DNA of 64,000 nucleotides from Eledone cirrhosa (lineage: Eukaryota): NCBI GenBank assembly GCA_964016885.1, contig OZ024740.1, positions 37,448,001-37,512,000 of the forward strand, in the 5' to 3' direction. Every line of letters begins with the position of its first letter. Position 1 is the first letter of the stretch. Under the pieces are notes generated by a model. That model was given only the letters and a program-made list of their open reading frames with translations. It was not told the origin of the DNA and made no database searches. Below are positions 39,410-53,980 of the stretch, one piece after another. The translations under genes were made by a program, and so were the position numbers.

Positions 39410-42400
39410 TATACATATTGTCTATATGCTTCAGCTTGTACCCATGGGAGGTCGGGTACTCTGTATTACTGCGTGACGCCAGAAGTCACGGTCGTGTGTC
39501 ATTGTCTTTGAGAGGTGTAATTGGGTAAGGTCGGCTTTTATCACCTCATCCCAGGTCATCTTGGGTCTCCCCACTCCGCGGTTTCCATCAACTTCTAGTG
39601 CTCTGCACCTTTTTATGCAGCTGTCATCCTTCATACGCATCACATGTCCATACCAGCGCAACCGCCTCTCCTGCACACAGCATTTGATTCCTCTTATGCT
39701 CAGTCTCTCTCTCAATTCATTTATGCTTTGTTGTTCACGTATATTACTGTTACACATCCATCGGAGCATGCAGGCTTCGTTTCTCTCTAATCTACGTAAG
39801 TCTTCCACCTTCAGCGCCCAGGTCTCATTACCATGCAACATCGCTGTTCGGATACACGCATCATACAGTCTGCCTTTCATTCTGAGGGAGAAGCCTTTTG
39901 CAGCTAGCAGTGGTAGTAGTTCCCTAAACTTCTTCCATCCCGTTCTTACCCTAATTATTGTACTTTCTGAACACCCACCTCCGCTGCTAATTCGGTCACC
40001 TAGGTAGCAGAAGCTGTCTACTGTTTCTACAGGGCCCTCCCAGAGATTGGTGGTACTTGTTTCCTGTGGCTGTTTGCTGCTTGTTGTCTCAGCACAGCTG
40101 CTGCATGTGAATCCTACATTCTTTATTAAGCTTCCTGAGATCCCGCTACATCTCTTGTGTACCCATTGTTTGCATTTGGAGCAGAGAATGGAGTTCCTAC
40201 CTATACCTTTCCTACATACTGAGCAAGGCCATTTCCCTGAGGGGATCTGGGTTCTGTTTTCTCGTCTACTTACAAGGACCTTAGTCTTTGTCATGTTGAC
40301 TTTGAGACCCTTTCTTTCTAGTCCCTGCTTCCAAGTTTGGAATTTATTCTCTAGTTCTACCATAGATTCAGCTATGAGTGCGAGGTCATCAGCATACAGG
40401 AGTTCCCATGGGCATCCGGTCTTAAACTCCTCCGTTATTGCCTGCAGGACTATGATGAACAGGAGAGGGCTAAGAACAGAGCCCTGGTGGACCCCAACCT
40501 GTACGCTAAATTCCTCGCTATACTCATTGCTAATCCTAACTTTGCTGACTGCTCCCCTATACATGGCTTGTACCGCTTTCACAAGCCATTCATCTACTCC
40601 TAGTTTTCTAAGAGCCCACCAGATTACAGCACGTGGAACTCTGTCAAAGGCTTTGTCAAGGTCAACAAATGCCAAGTAGAGTGGCTTACTTTTAGCTAGG
40701 TACTTTTCCTGTAATTGCCTCACAAGGAAGAGGGCATCAGTGGTGCCTCTTCCTCGTACAAACCCAAATTGCATCTCGTCTATTTTCACCCGCTCCCTAA
40801 TCAGCTGTGCTATAACTCTTTCTGTTACTTTCATGACCTGGTCCATCAACTTTATACCTCTATAGTTTCCTCTATCTAGTGCATCGCCTTTACCTTTGTA
40901 GCAGTTGACAATGATGCTACTGCACCAATCTTTTGGTATGGCACCTTCTAGTATTACCTGGTTAACGATAGGTGTGGTTATAGTGTGACCTATAGACCCA
41001 GATGCCTTGAGCATCTCGGCAGCTATACCCGATGGAACGGTTGCCTTCCCCATCTTCATATCTTTGATTGCCTTACTTACTACGCTGCTGCTGACTTGTA
41101 TTGCTGGTCCCTCTATAGGGTCTCTTCTTCCCATGCATTCTCCTCATTTAGTAATCTATCATAATGACTCTTCCATGCATCTTTCTTCTCAGCACTTGTG
41201 AGGGCAAGCTCACCTTTATCATTCCGGATACACTTCTCTCCAATGACATCACAACTATCTCTGACACACTGCCTCGCAATCTTGAATACCTCCTGTTTCT
41301 GGTCCTCACATTGCAAAACATGCTTAAATTTTCTATCCTCTGCTTCCCTCCTAGCTAAGTATACTTGTCGCCTAGCTTCCCTCTTGGTCTCTATGTAATG
41401 TACCCTGCTCCCCCCGTTCTTCCATTCTTTCCATGCCTGTCTCTTGGCCTTAACTGCTTCATCTACCTTATTATTCCACCCCCAAGTCACTCTCCTCCTG
41501 CTTGAGGTCTTACTCCAGCCACAGACCTCATCCGTCGCCTCTAGTAAATTATTTTTTAGGAACTCCCAGTTCTCTTCTACATTAAATGTCTCTATCTGTT
41601 CTTCTTTACTGTCGTAGGCATTGAGTAAAATATCTTTAAATCTGTTACTGGTTGAGGGGACTTTCAGCTTCCAGATCTTTCTTCTCCAGGTTGGCCTCTG
41701 TTTCCGGGTTCGTCTAGTTCTGACCGTGAGGTTGCTGACAACTAAGCTATGTTGGGATGTACATTCCTCACTAGGGAAGGCTTTTGTGTTTACGACCGTC
41801 CATCTGTTACGCCCTCTGATGAGGATAAAATCTAACTGACTAGAATGCTCCCCTGATCTATAGGTGATCAGGTGGTTGTCGGGTTTTTTAAAGTTTGTGT
41901 TACATATCGACATGTCATTGGCGTCGCAGAATTCTAGAAGTCTGAATCCTTCCTCATTCCTTGTGCCAACCCCATGGCCTCCATGTACTCTATTGAAGCC
42001 GTCGCAGTGTTTACCTACGTGTCCGTTAAAATCTCCTGCAATGATTAGGAAGTCATTGTCGTCTGTTAGAGCAGTAGTAAGTTCGTCTGACAGCCCCGAT
42101 TGGGGTGCGTAAGCTGATATTATTGTGGTAACTGTTTTATTCAGGACTAGTCTGAGTTTAATGATTCTTGCATTTACCCTGTACACTGAGATTACTTTAT
42201 CTACCCACTTGTCAGCTAGTAGTATACCTACACCACCCATCCCATCGTCATTTCCCACCCAGAAAAATTTGTAGCACCGACTTTTTCCTACGAGGACTCT
42301 GGCAGACTCTCCTCTCCATCTAGTCTCTTGCACACAGCATACATCAATATCCTTTCGCTCTAGCATTTCTACGATTTCTCCTGCTCTTCCTTTCATTGAG

Positions 42401-42520
42401 CCTACATGGATGGTACCAACTTGGAGTTTTGGGCATTTGTCGACACTCGTAGGGAAGGGTCTCTGGGTTAGCGCTTCACGTGGGTGCTTGGTAGCTCGCA
42501 GATTCATATTTCATCTATTG
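39410..42520 (-). mobile_element. Near full-length RTE LINE family B (APE + RT, one frameshift)
   Basis: ORFs 41113-42507 (VCCVQETRW, SAYAPQ, GDFNGHVG) and 39431-41134 (YADD RT, PHD insert, RLRWYGHV, GRPKMTW). Confidence 0.96.
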
Positions 42521-43107
42521 ATTCAGAGTTGCTCAAATTTATTCTCAGCTCATCCATCCATAACGGTGGGAAAATTGAAGGCTAGAAGAACAGTGGTGGT
42601 GGGATAATGGCAGGGTGTGTTGGGCTGCGACAGGGGAGGAGAGAGTTAGTTAGGTAGTAGTAGTAGTAGTAGCAGCAGCAGCCGTAGGAATGGCATGCTG
42701 GGGTTTGATTGGCCGAATAGGCTATGGCGGTGTGAGGGGGTGGGAGGGAAATTGTGAGCTCCAAGACGAGTGCTAGGGTAGCCAGCATAGAGAGAAATAT
42801 AGAGAGGGGGGGGGGCACTGAGGGTCGCCTTCAAGACTGCATGGTAAATCCGAAATAATACGACAGAAAAACAGGGTAAATCCGAAATAATACACACCAG
42901 AAAACAGCAGTAATATTAATAATAATAATGTCATAAGAGTTAAGATACCTTCATAAATTTGTATGGATGGGTGGCTGGAATGAAACCGAATCAACTCTAG
43001 TGGCACATTTTAGCAGATAAGAAGAAAGTGTCTTATCTCTTCAATAGCTCCAAGACGAGTAATAGGGTAGCCAGCATAGAGATGTATGTATATATAGTGT
43101 ATGTATC

Positions 43108-43163
<56 letters not shown>

Positions 43164-43249
43164 TATGTATGAGTACAAGTAAAACCTGTAGTACGAGAAT
43201 CTCCAGCAACAGTCTATATGACAGGAGGCATCAAGTCTTCTGTGTAGTA

Positions 43250-43760
43250 CAGAAGACTGGGAGTGTACAGCAGACCTCCCAGGAGCAGCAATACAACCAG
43301 AAATCATCAGAAAGAGTAGTTCAAGGCTAGATATCATACTCCATTCCAGTTCATCAAAACAGCTGATTTTGATTGAACTTACTTTGAAAGTAGATTCGAA
43401 GAAGCACACATATTCACAACCAAAAAATACTCCAGTTTGGCCAACGGCTTAGGGGAAGCCGACATCTGAGTCAAAGTTGGAGCCAGAGGTTTTGTGGGCC
43501 ACTCTGTTTACAATCTTATGCAACGACGTTCAGTCTCTGGGAAGATGAGGACCAAAGCCTTAAAGACAATATCAGAGGCAGCAGAAAGGAGTTCCACCTA
43601 GATCTGGTCGAGAAAGAACAAAAACGACCTCCATAGCACACAAGAGGTATCATATTTGTAGTTTAGTGCATGCTAAGGGAAGTAACTCTGAGTTAGTCAT
43701 GGCCGGTAGTGTTGGCAACGACGCCACCAATGCTGACATTTCACCGCTACCATGATTACC
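43250..43760 (+). mobile_element. Possible highly decayed DIRS-like tyrosine recombinase fragment
   Basis: Frameshifted pieces HTPFQFIKTAD/IELTLKV, ALCYNL and HSTQ occur in the order expected for DIRS YR. Weak. Confidence 0.3.
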
Positions 43761-44305
43761 AATCATATTTTTCCAATTCAAGAAAGCATTTAAATATAAG
43801 TTTGAAAGCAGAGGCAACGGAGAGGTGTTCCAGCTAGATCCTGTCAGTTATATCTCCATATGGTTTAAATATACAGCATGTCTCCGATATCCGAATAGTT
43901 AAATGTCAGCAGAAGGGCACCCAGGAGTCATGACCTGAATGCGGCCTGGCCTCCTTAGAGTGTAAGAAGTAACGGGCCAAAACACTTGCTTGAGGAGGGT
44001 TTCTTCTCTGAAGACCTTCTGCTGTCCAGCTCTCCTGAGAGTTTCTTACCACTATATATATATATATACACATATGTATGTGTACATATACATATGTGGA
44101 TCTGTGTGTATAAATATGTATGTTATGTATGTGTGTGTATATATATATATATATGTGTGTGTGTATGTATATATATAATTATATACTGTGTTTCCTCATG
44201 TATAATATGAAAAATATTGAACTAAAATCAAACCTGAAAGGGAGAGGGTCATATAATATACAGATACATGTTGAAAACAATTACATGATGAAAACAATTA
44301 CATGA

Positions 44306-44985
44306 TGTGTGTGTGTGTTTTCATTTTGTCCTTAATTGTAAGTTAAAGAATCATCTGTAAGTTAAAGAATCATCTGTGCTCTACCAACATGCTAAGATAG
44401 AGCACAAGGGTAAATTAGAGAACATAGAAATAAAAATAGAATCCACACACAGAAAAGATGCAATGTTTAGGCAAATTACAGAGGCAGTAAGCATAAAAGA
44501 ATTACAACCAAAATTAAATAGAAAATATGAGTGGAACAGCAACATCACAACTTACAATTAAGGACAAAATGAAAACACACACACACATAGAACAAACAAC
44601 CAACCAACAACATGTAAATAAATAAATAAATAAATAAACAAATAGATAAATGAACACAAACACACACAGACACCCGGATGTGGCGCATGCACAAACTGAG
44701 CACATAACACACACACACAGAAACAAAATGGCGTAGGACAAGAAAGGAAAGGCACAGAAACAAAGAAAGGAATCCCCAGTCACTGAAGAGGTCACAGAAT
44801 GTGTGACGAAAGGACTATGACTATATATAAACAACTATCTGGTTGTGGAACCAACCAACCAACCAGAAATTTATAAGTTTGTAGATTTGTAAATTTATAA
44901 ATTTATAAATATATAATAAATTGAAGTGAAAGCAACTGGTGCGTGTGTTTCTTATTGGCAACATGACCCTCCCAAAGTATAACAA
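44306..44985 (+). mobile_element. Penelope-like element 3' fragment with inverted 5' segment
   Basis: LYQHAKIEHKGKLENIEIK...QPKLN nearly identical to the 17-kb copy. 44306-44345 is the reverse complement of about 44550-44588. Confidence 0.88.
44778..44822 (+). ncRNA. Minimal type-I hammerhead ribozyme motif
   Basis: agtca-CTGAAGAG-gtcaca/tgtgac-GAAA-ggac-TA-tgact. Confidence 0.72.
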
Positions 44986-45030
44986 TATATATATATATAT
45001 TTATATATATACATATATATATATACATGC

Positions 45031-45080
<50 letters not shown>

Positions 45081-45271
45081 GCTGTAATGTGGCCGTGTAG
45101 ATAACACGGTAAAAACCTCCCAGTCCACACTGTAAACGTGGTTGGTGTTAGGAAGGGCATCCAGGCGTAGAAAACCCGCCAGACAGTTCCAAGCAAGACT
45201 CTTGCCTCAAGTGGAACAATTCCCGTCCAGACCCATGCTAGCGTGGAAGATGGCCGATAAACGATGATGAT

Positions 45272-45302
<31 letters not shown>

Positions 45303-45589
45303 GCATGTATATATATATATGCATGCATATATATATATATATATATATATATACATGCATATATATATATATGCATGTATATGTATATACATGCATATGT
45401 ATATACATGCATATATATATACACATGCACATATATATATATATCATCATCATCATCATCGTTTAACGTCTATCTTTCATGCTAGCATGGGTTTACACAA
45501 GATTGTCCCACTTAGGCAAGATTGGTCGGGTGACCGTGCCTCGCTCGTATATATTATATACATGCATACATATATATATTGACGATTGG

Positions 45590-46215
45590 CCTTTCACAGA
45601 AGTGCCTGTTGATGAGGACAAGCTGGAAGTGGTGACATCTTTCTGCTACCTGAGTGACATGTCAGCTGGAGGTGGAGCCAAGCTTGCTGCCATCATGGAA
45701 CAAGTTTAGACAGCTTCACCCAATCCTTGAGACACGCTGGCTGCCATTAGTCACCAAGGGGCGGATTTACAACGCCTCTGTGAGAAGCATGTTACTTCAT
45801 GCTAGCGAGGCCTGGTCCATGTTATCCAACTGTCTGAATTGACTCAGAAGAAATGACAGAGCTATGATTTGCTGGATGTGTGGTGTGACCACTGAGGATG
45901 ATGCCAGCTCAACCAAGCTCCTGAAAAGACTAAACATTGACAACCTCGAGGATATGCTTCACAAGAGACACATGTGCTGAGACGGCCATGTTGTGTGCAG
46001 AGTGAGCTTGATCAGCAAAGTGATGAAAATCTATCCAGGAGGCAGAAGAGGCCCAGGAAGACCAAAAAGGACTTAGATGGAGGATGTCTGTCAGGATCAA
46101 GCTAGGCTTGTTCTGGCCCTAGTGAGACCAGCAAACAGAAACACATGGAGTGGGATGCTAAGGAGTGCTGTCAGGCAGAACCCATAATCAAAAACTGGAT
46201 GATGATGATGATATA
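45590..46215 (+). mobile_element. Decayed RTE 3' fragment (third family)
   Basis: LEVVTSFCYLSD, KGRIYNASVRSMLLHASEAW, GPGRPKRT, (GAT)n tail. Confidence 0.8.
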
Positions 46216-46632
46216 CATATACATATATATGTATGTGTATATATATATACATATACATACATATATATATGTACATACATATATATATATACATACATAT
46301 ATATAAATTTGTCAACAGTGGAAGTAAGCTCTCTAAACTTCTTCCATCCTATCCTCATTATCGCTTCTATGCTGATTAAGTCACCTAAATAGCAAGCAAG
46401 TTAGTCTACCTGATATCTCACTACATCTCTTGTGTATCCAAGACTGATATAATGTACATCATGAACGATAATATAACAGCTTCACTTTAAAATGGTTTTA
46501 TTGTATGTTGACCATTACATATGTTTCACAGATGATTGGCTTGATCTTCAACAATGTAATAGGAATGACTCAGGACCCCGACGGCTGAGCTCTGGCTGTT
46601 TCAACAGCTAGATCCGAACGCAATATATATGT

Positions 46633-46981
46633 ATCATCATCATCATCATTCATCATCATTTTACGTCCGCTTTTCCCTGCTTGCAAGGGTGGGATGGGAA
46701 CTGATTCTGGCTTGATTTCTACAGCTGGATGCTCTTCCTAACACCAACCTCATTTACAGTGAGCGCTGGGTGCTTTTTTGCCATGGCACTTCCACGACCA
46801 CTTTACAGTGGAATGATATGGACCTCAGTCCCTATCATCTCATTTCTACAGCTGAGTAAACTGAAGCAATGTGAAATAAAGTGTCTTGCTCAAGGAAACA
46901 ACACATCACCTGGTCTGAGAATTGAACTCACAACCTTTCGATTGCAAGGCCAATGCTCTAACCACTAAGCCATATGCCTCC
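46633..46981 (-). mobile_element. SINE family 1
   Basis: Full-length reverse copy. A partial copy is also at about 47325-47495. Confidence 0.9.
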
Positions 46982-47764
46982 ATATGTATGTGTATATATA
47001 TATGTATAAATATATATGTGTGTGTGTGTGTATGTATATATATATATATATACACACGCCTGATACTAAATGAGGATAAATTTCAGCTAATTCACTTTGG
47101 AAAATAGAATGCAGTTTAGTTACCATATTCTCTTCCCTCAGATGAATCTCCATAGACCTGGGAATAATTCTTGATAACAACATATGATGGAATATTCATA
47201 TAAACATCAAAGTTGACATGGCCCACAGTGTATGTGTGTGTGTGTGTGTGTGACAGCTCACACCTATGCAGGTTTAGCTGGCCTCCTCCAAGGTATATCT
47301 CGCTGGAGGTGTCTTAGGTGATTTAATGATATGGACCCCAGTCCTATCATCTTATTTCTACAGCTGAGTTAACTGGAGCAACATGAAATAAAGTGTCTTG
47401 CTCAAGGAAACAACACTTCACTCGGTCCGTGAATTGAACTCACGACCTTTCAATTGCAAGCCCAATGCTCTAACCACTAAGCCATGCGTCTTCACGCAGT
47501 GTGTGTTCCTGGATTCTTAGAACTTTCTAGTCAGGAGATATTCATGCCATTATCCTTCTCTCTCTACCTTTGCCAGATCCCACCTTGAATACTACTGTCA
47601 CTGTCGTCTGTGTTGTAAAAGAATGTCTAAAAAGGATGGATATCCAAGAATTTACATGTGTCAAAGTGAAGAACACTCAATATATTGCATATAGAGATTT
47701 TTATATATTTTTACGGTTATATAACACTTGTCAGTCCATGTTACTAATAGTGTTTGAGTATCAT

Positions 47765-48050
47765 GAAGTAGAGTTTGACATCACACCACCTCAAATATTT
47801 GAGATGAAATAGAGTTTGATATCACACTACCTCAAATATTTGACTTGAAGTAGAGTTTGATATCACACTACCTCAAATATTTGACTTGAAGTAGAGTTTG
47901 ATATCACACTACCTCAAATATTTGACTTGAAGTAGAGTTTGATATCACACTACCTCAAATATTTGACTTGAAGTAGAGTCGGAATTTCCACCATCTCAAA
48001 TATTTGAGATGAAGTAGAGTTTGACATCACACTATCTCAAATATTTGACC
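47765..48050. repeat. 41-bp x7 minisatellite
   Basis: gaagtagagtttgatatcacactacctcaaatatttgactt at 41-bp period with no spacers. Confidence 0.93.
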
Positions 48051-49889
48051 TATAAGATGTGTTTTTACTAGAAATAAATATCCCTTATTTTCATTTGTTG
48101 TCCTTTGAGCATCCTGGAAAAATTGAAAGAAACGTCTTAAATGATTTTTTAAATAAACATGTTTTATGGGTTAGAGAGATCAATTGCGAAAATCTACAGA
48201 GGTTTAGTACATTTAAAAAGGGTTTTTAACTGATAGTGAAATTAAAATGCGTCATGGAAATAACATATTTGATAAGAAGATTTCAATTCAATAAAAGATA
48301 AAAATAATCAAATAAATAAAAACACTAGAAAAGAGAAAAATTAAATAAAAAAATTAAAAGACAGATAGCTAGTTATAATATATATATATATATATATTGT
48401 TATCTAATAAACAACATAAGACAATTATTCCATTTACCAAAGGTTTCACGAAGGCAGACTAGCTCAACACAGACGTCTGAAATCGTCCTTTACCTTTCCT
48501 ACGGAAACACTTAATATATATATATATAGATAGATAGAGAGAGAGAGAGAGACATGTAATATTATAGAGAGATAGATATCAGTCGGGTAAAGATGTGATA
48601 AGCAGTTCAAGATGATGTGTTAAAGAGAAGGGGTAAAATGTGATCTCAAGAAACTGAACCTCGTGAATGAGATAACAAAAACGCGCGAATAATAATGGTG
48701 AGACACTTTGTTTGAAAAAAACTTATCCAACCCATGCTAGCATGGTAAAGCAGATGTAAAATGATGGTGCTGCCTAAGCGTGAAACTAATAAGACTTTGT
48801 GTTTTTGCACCTCTGTGTTTGTCTTGTTTATTCTTGAACTATACTGTATATGGCTTAGCATAGTTTATTTTACAAAACAAAGTAAATGTACAATTTACAG
48901 TATCATATTCAAAAGAAGTCTAACTGCAATTTAAGAAATATGTGTGCATGCACATGCAATTACTTTTTTTTTATATATAGCTGCTGCCACTCTGGAGTTT
49001 GGAGAATTGACAACAACTAGTTTTGCATTTAACTGAATCAGAAGACAATTTCTTCAAAGGATTTTTAACAATTGATTTAAATATTTTTGAATATCTGGAT
49101 TATCTTATGTGACTTAGAGAACATAACTGCAGTTTATGCCACCACTATTCAATTAACTTTCTTAATATTTTGCAGAGATATGTTTTCAAAGATGTACATG
49201 ATGATTATACTGATATATTTCTTTCATTACTGTCATTATTGCATACTTCTGTTAATGCTTTCATGGCTGTATATTTCCTATCTGTTGCTTTAATTAAACT
49301 AAATGTAAAGTTGGAAACTTTTTATTACACCTTTCGATTTCATGTTGATAATGAATATCAATCAGAATAATGTTGTAGTTTTTCTATTGGAACTGCAAAC
49401 AAAAAAATATTTTCATCGTCTTTGAAAATGTGTTTCTGCAAAATATACATTATTAAGAAATTTGTGAGGACACAAAATCACGGGGTGGGGGTAGGCACTA
49501 AACTATAGTTATTTAAATTTGTCATGCAAAAATATGTTGAACTAAACTATAATTATTTAGTGAGGTGGTGATTAATACAAAAGACACAAGATTTCTTTCT
49601 TCTATAATTTTCAATGCATTTCTTTATTACAATCCTTTGAATAGCTTTCTTATAGTAGAATCAACAATGCATTTACACAAAACAGGCATTACATTAGTAT
49701 ATTTAAAGATAAAAATATAAAATATTTATTAACACGTCATTAAATGCTCTAAAAGACTTCTGCTTTCTATAAAAAAAATGTAAATTAGTTATGTTGTGCA
49801 TAACCAATCAATCTGTTCATAGCATTTAATTTGAAATGAACATGTGCTTAAGTTATGAAGTTGTAAAAGATATATTTGTTAAAAATAAT

Positions 49890-50074
49890 TGTTTCTACTT
49901 TAGGCACAAGGCCAGCAATTACCCAGTGCATTACTGGTACTTTATTTTATCGACCCCGTAAGGATGAAAGGCAAAGTCAAACTCAGCGGGATTTGAACTC
50001 AGATCGTAAATGGACGTAACTATGCTGGAAAGCATGGCGTCTAACCCTCTACCGATACTGCCAATCTACCGCCC
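49890..50074 (-). mobile_element. SINE family 2
   Basis: Reverse complement of the 4389-4570 copy. Confidence 0.82.
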
Positions 50075-50471
50075 TTTGTTAAAAATAATGAATTAAAATC
50101 ATATGCAATTCTTAATATTTTGAGCAGAAGTTTGTTTGTCTGAGTCACATTATTAGAAAGACAAATGAAAGCTTGTTTGTTTTCCTGGGCTCATACAATT
50201 GAACCTGAGCTAATTTCAATGATCTTATTACTAACTAGACCAACATTTTCAGTTACAAAGCTGAAACAAAGCTACAATGTTTGGAGCATAATCAATTAAA
50301 AAACCATTTGAGATTTATATATTCTTAAGTAAGTGGGCAGAAATTCATCGACCTAAGTTATGCCTTCGAATCTTAACAAGTATTAAAAATAATGGATATA
50401 ATTAAAGGAATAAACATTGTTATTTCTGATGAAGTGAGAGTATATTTAAATTCATAGAAAAATTAGGAAAT

Positions 50472-50710
50472 CATCACTAGAAAAGCTGTTAAAAGAGCCA
50501 AAAGCTGTGAATGACAGCAAAAATGCCTGAGAGGACAGAAACTAGCAGGCAGCAGTTGGCAGAGAGACAATCTATGAGGTAAGTGACAGTCAGATGAAAT
50601 ATGGATTGTCGCTCTGCTGATCACTGGCCGCTGGTTTTTGTCCTCTGAGACATTTTGCCCATTACTGTCATTGACAACATTTGGCTGTGTTAACAGCTTT
50701 TCTAGCGATA
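50472..50710. mobile_element. Old foldback/MITE-like inverted repeat
   Basis: ctagaaaagctgttaa...gaggacagaaactagc versus gctggtttttgtcctc...ttaacagcttttctag. Confidence 0.6.
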
Positions 50711-52146
50711 AGGGTGTGTAATGTTAATATGCATGAATGACAGAGGAAAGCTGGGTATCAGAAAATTAAATGTACTTTGCAAAAAAGAAGACAATATAAA
50801 CATGTACCTTCTCTACTAATATATTGAATACTTTATTTCACTGTGGAATCCGTCTGTATATACTGTAGCTTCCTTCCACTGGTAATCATCTGGCACTGTT
50901 CACTCAGCATTCCTCATCCATACACATCACATGTCTCTACCAGTGCAGTATCTCTCTTGCAGACTACCTCTGATTCCTCTTATACCCAGCTTTTCTCTGT
51001 TCATCCATGCCCCATCATTCATACACATTAACATTACACATCCAATTCATTTCTCTCCAGCCTCTGTATATCCTCTGCATCTACCCCCCATGTCTCCCTG
51101 TCATGCAACATGACACTTCTTACACAGGCATCATACAATCTACCCTTCAATTGTAGAGAAAATCCCTTTGTTGTCATCAGAGGAAATATTTTCCAACCTA
51201 TTCTTATTCTAGCTACTACACTGTCAGAGCAGCCCCCGCCACTGCTGATAAAGTACTTAAGTAACAGAAGCTATCAACTACTTCTATGGTACCTCGCAGG
51301 GTTGAAAAATGTTTATTTCACTACACATTATTCCTGCACATCTGTTACATAAAAAGTCTATCTCTTCTGTTAGTCTATGTACTATCCCACCACCCCTCTT
51401 ATACCTTATATCGAGTACATCATATAAAGTTCCTATCTACTTATTTTCAACATATTCAACACGACTACTTCTCTGAAGAGATCAGAGTTTTGTCCACTTT
51501 CCAACTAAGAACCAGGTGATCAACATACAGGTTTCCATGGACAGCCAGTCTTAAATTCTTCTGATATGGCCTGGAGAACTATAATAAACAGGAGGAAGCT
51601 AAGGACAGAAACTTTATGAACACCTACCTTCACCTACCTTCACATTGAATTCTTCACTATATTCATAACCTACTCTCACCTTACTGTACTCCTCTGTACA
51701 TGGTTTACACTGCTCTCATGAGCCACTCATCTACACCTAGTTTCCTTAAGGACTACCAGATAACAGATTGTGGAAGTTTGTCAAAGGCCTTTTTCAGATC
51801 AACAAAAGTTTGGTATTGTGGCTTACACTTAATTAGAAATTCTCCTGTAGTTGTTTTACAAATAGGGCATCTGTGGTGCTCCTTCCTGACACAAAACCAA
51901 ATAACATCTCGTCTAATTTTACTCTTCTTTTTCTTCTTCTTTGTTCACTTATTCCTGTGAGTGTCGTGGGGGTCAGAGCCCTCGAGCATGCCTTCCAGCA
52001 GTTCCTGTCAGAGGTAACCATCTCCAATTGATCCAGTTAGATCCCAAGTGAGACCAGCCAAACTCATGAATTTTATCCAACCATCTTACTCGATGTCTCC
52101 TGCTGGCTGGTATTGCCTGTAAAATCTGTCCAGTGATTCTTTCCTT

Positions 52147-52488
52147 CATCATCATCATGATCATCATCATTTCATTTTACGTCCGCTTTTCCCTGCTTGC
52201 AAGGGTGGGACGGGAACTGATTCTGGCTTGATTTCTACAGCTGGATGCCCTTCCTAACACCAACCTCATTTACAGTGAGTGCTGGGTGCTTTTTTGCCGT
52301 GGCACCTACATGACCACTTTGCAGTGGAATGATAGGGACTCCAGTCCCTATCATCTCATTTCTACAGCTGAGTAAACTGGAGCAATGTGAAATAAAGTGT
52401 CTTGCTCAAGGAAACAACACATCACCCAGTCTGAGAATTGCCTTTCGATTGCAAGGCCAATGTTCTAACCACTAAGCCATGTGCCTCC
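52147..52488 (-). mobile_element. SINE family 1
   Basis: Matches the consensus. Confidence 0.88.
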
Positions 52489-53159
52489 TTCCTTAGATAT
52501 TCTAACCAAATGCCCATATTATCAGATCTATGATCTCTCAATTCTGAGAAGTGGTGGCTCTACCTGGAGCAACTCTCTGATCTCCAATCTACACTCTCTA
52601 TCGAGTAACATTCCTCCAATGAGCCTTTGGGGGAATCCTATTTCCCTAATTAATTGTACTAAAACTCTTTCAGTCACTTTCATCACTTGATCCTTCAGTT
52701 TTATGTCTCTGTAGGTACTCCTTTCTAGAACATCCCCTTTTCCCTTGTAATAATTAACGAGTATACTGCTATGTCAGCCATTGGTTATGGCACCATCATG
52801 TATTATCTGATTGACTATGTGAGTGACTAGCTCAACTCTGATTTCCCCAGATCATTTCAGCATCTCAGAAACTGTCTGACGTTCGAGCAGTTTTACTATT
52901 TTTTATCTTCCTGATTGCTTCTTTGACCACACTATAAATGTCTATTTCAATAGCTGACCCCTCTGTGGAGTTTACTTGGAGTATTCCCTTTTCCTTCCAC
53001 TCATTTTCCTTATTCATCAACCTAAGTGTATCTGTGTCATTCCATACACACTTCTCAACGACATCTAGATTCACACAGACTTGTTGCATCCCAATAAGGA
53101 ACAGCTCATGCCACTCATCTCCACATTAGCACATTATCAAGAAGCTTTCTGCTACTCTA

Positions 53160-53980
53160 TCATCATCATCATCATCATCATCACCGTTTTACGTCCGTTC
53201 TTCCACGCTAGCATGGGTTAGATGGGTTGTCCTGTTGTGGGCAGTGTCTGGTCGGCTGACCATGCCTTGCTCATACAGGAACTGATTTGGCTTGATTTCT
53301 ACAGCTGGATGCCCTTCCTAACACCAACATCATTTACAGTGAGTGCTGGGTGCTTTTTTCCGTGGCGCCTACACGTCCACTTTACAGTATAGGCTGGGTG
53401 CTTTTTTGCCGTGGCACCTCCACGACCACTTTGCGGTGGGGGGTGTGGGGCATATTGTCTATATGCTTCAGCTTGTATCCATGGGAGGTCGGGTACTCTG
53501 TATTACTGCGTGACGCCAGAGGTCACAGTCGTGAGTCATCGCCTTTGAGAGGTGTAATTGGGTAAGGTCGGCTTTTATCACCTCATCCCAGGTCATCTTG
53601 GGTCTCCCCACTCCGCGGTTTCCATTGACTTCTAGTGCTCTGCACCTTTTTATGCAGCTGTCATCCTTCATATGCATCACATGTCCATACCAGCGCAACC
53701 GCCTCTCCTGCACACAGCATTTGATTCCTCTTATGCTCAGTCTCTCTCTCAATTCATTTATGCTTTGCAGTTCGCGTATATTACTGTTACACATCCATCG
53801 GAACATGCAGGCTTCGTTTCTTTCTAATCTACGTAAGTTTCCACCTTCAGTTCCCAGGTCTCACTACCATGTAACATTGCTGTTCGGATACACACATCAT
53901 ACAGTCTGCCTTTCATTTTGAGGGAGAAGCCTTTTGCAGCTAGCAGTGGTAGTAGTTCCCTGAACTTCTTCCATCCCATG
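53160..53980 (-). mobile_element. RTE family B 3' fragment with complete 3' UTR
   Basis: ORF 53468-53806 is nearly identical to the C-terminus of 39431-41134. (GAT)n tail. Confidence 0.92.

Noticed and set aside
40047-40679. Plus-strand ORFs overlapping the RTE elements
   Set aside because: Antisense shadows of the RT reading frame.
47765-48050. CRISPR-like regular repeats (also 4856-5350, 25471-25746 and 37122-37363)
   Set aside because: Head-to-tail units without unique spacers, no cas genes, and eukaryotic context.
48860-49750. 3' UTR of a convergent minus-strand gene
   Set aside because: Only reverse AATAAA motifs in AT-rich DNA, with no coding exon identified.
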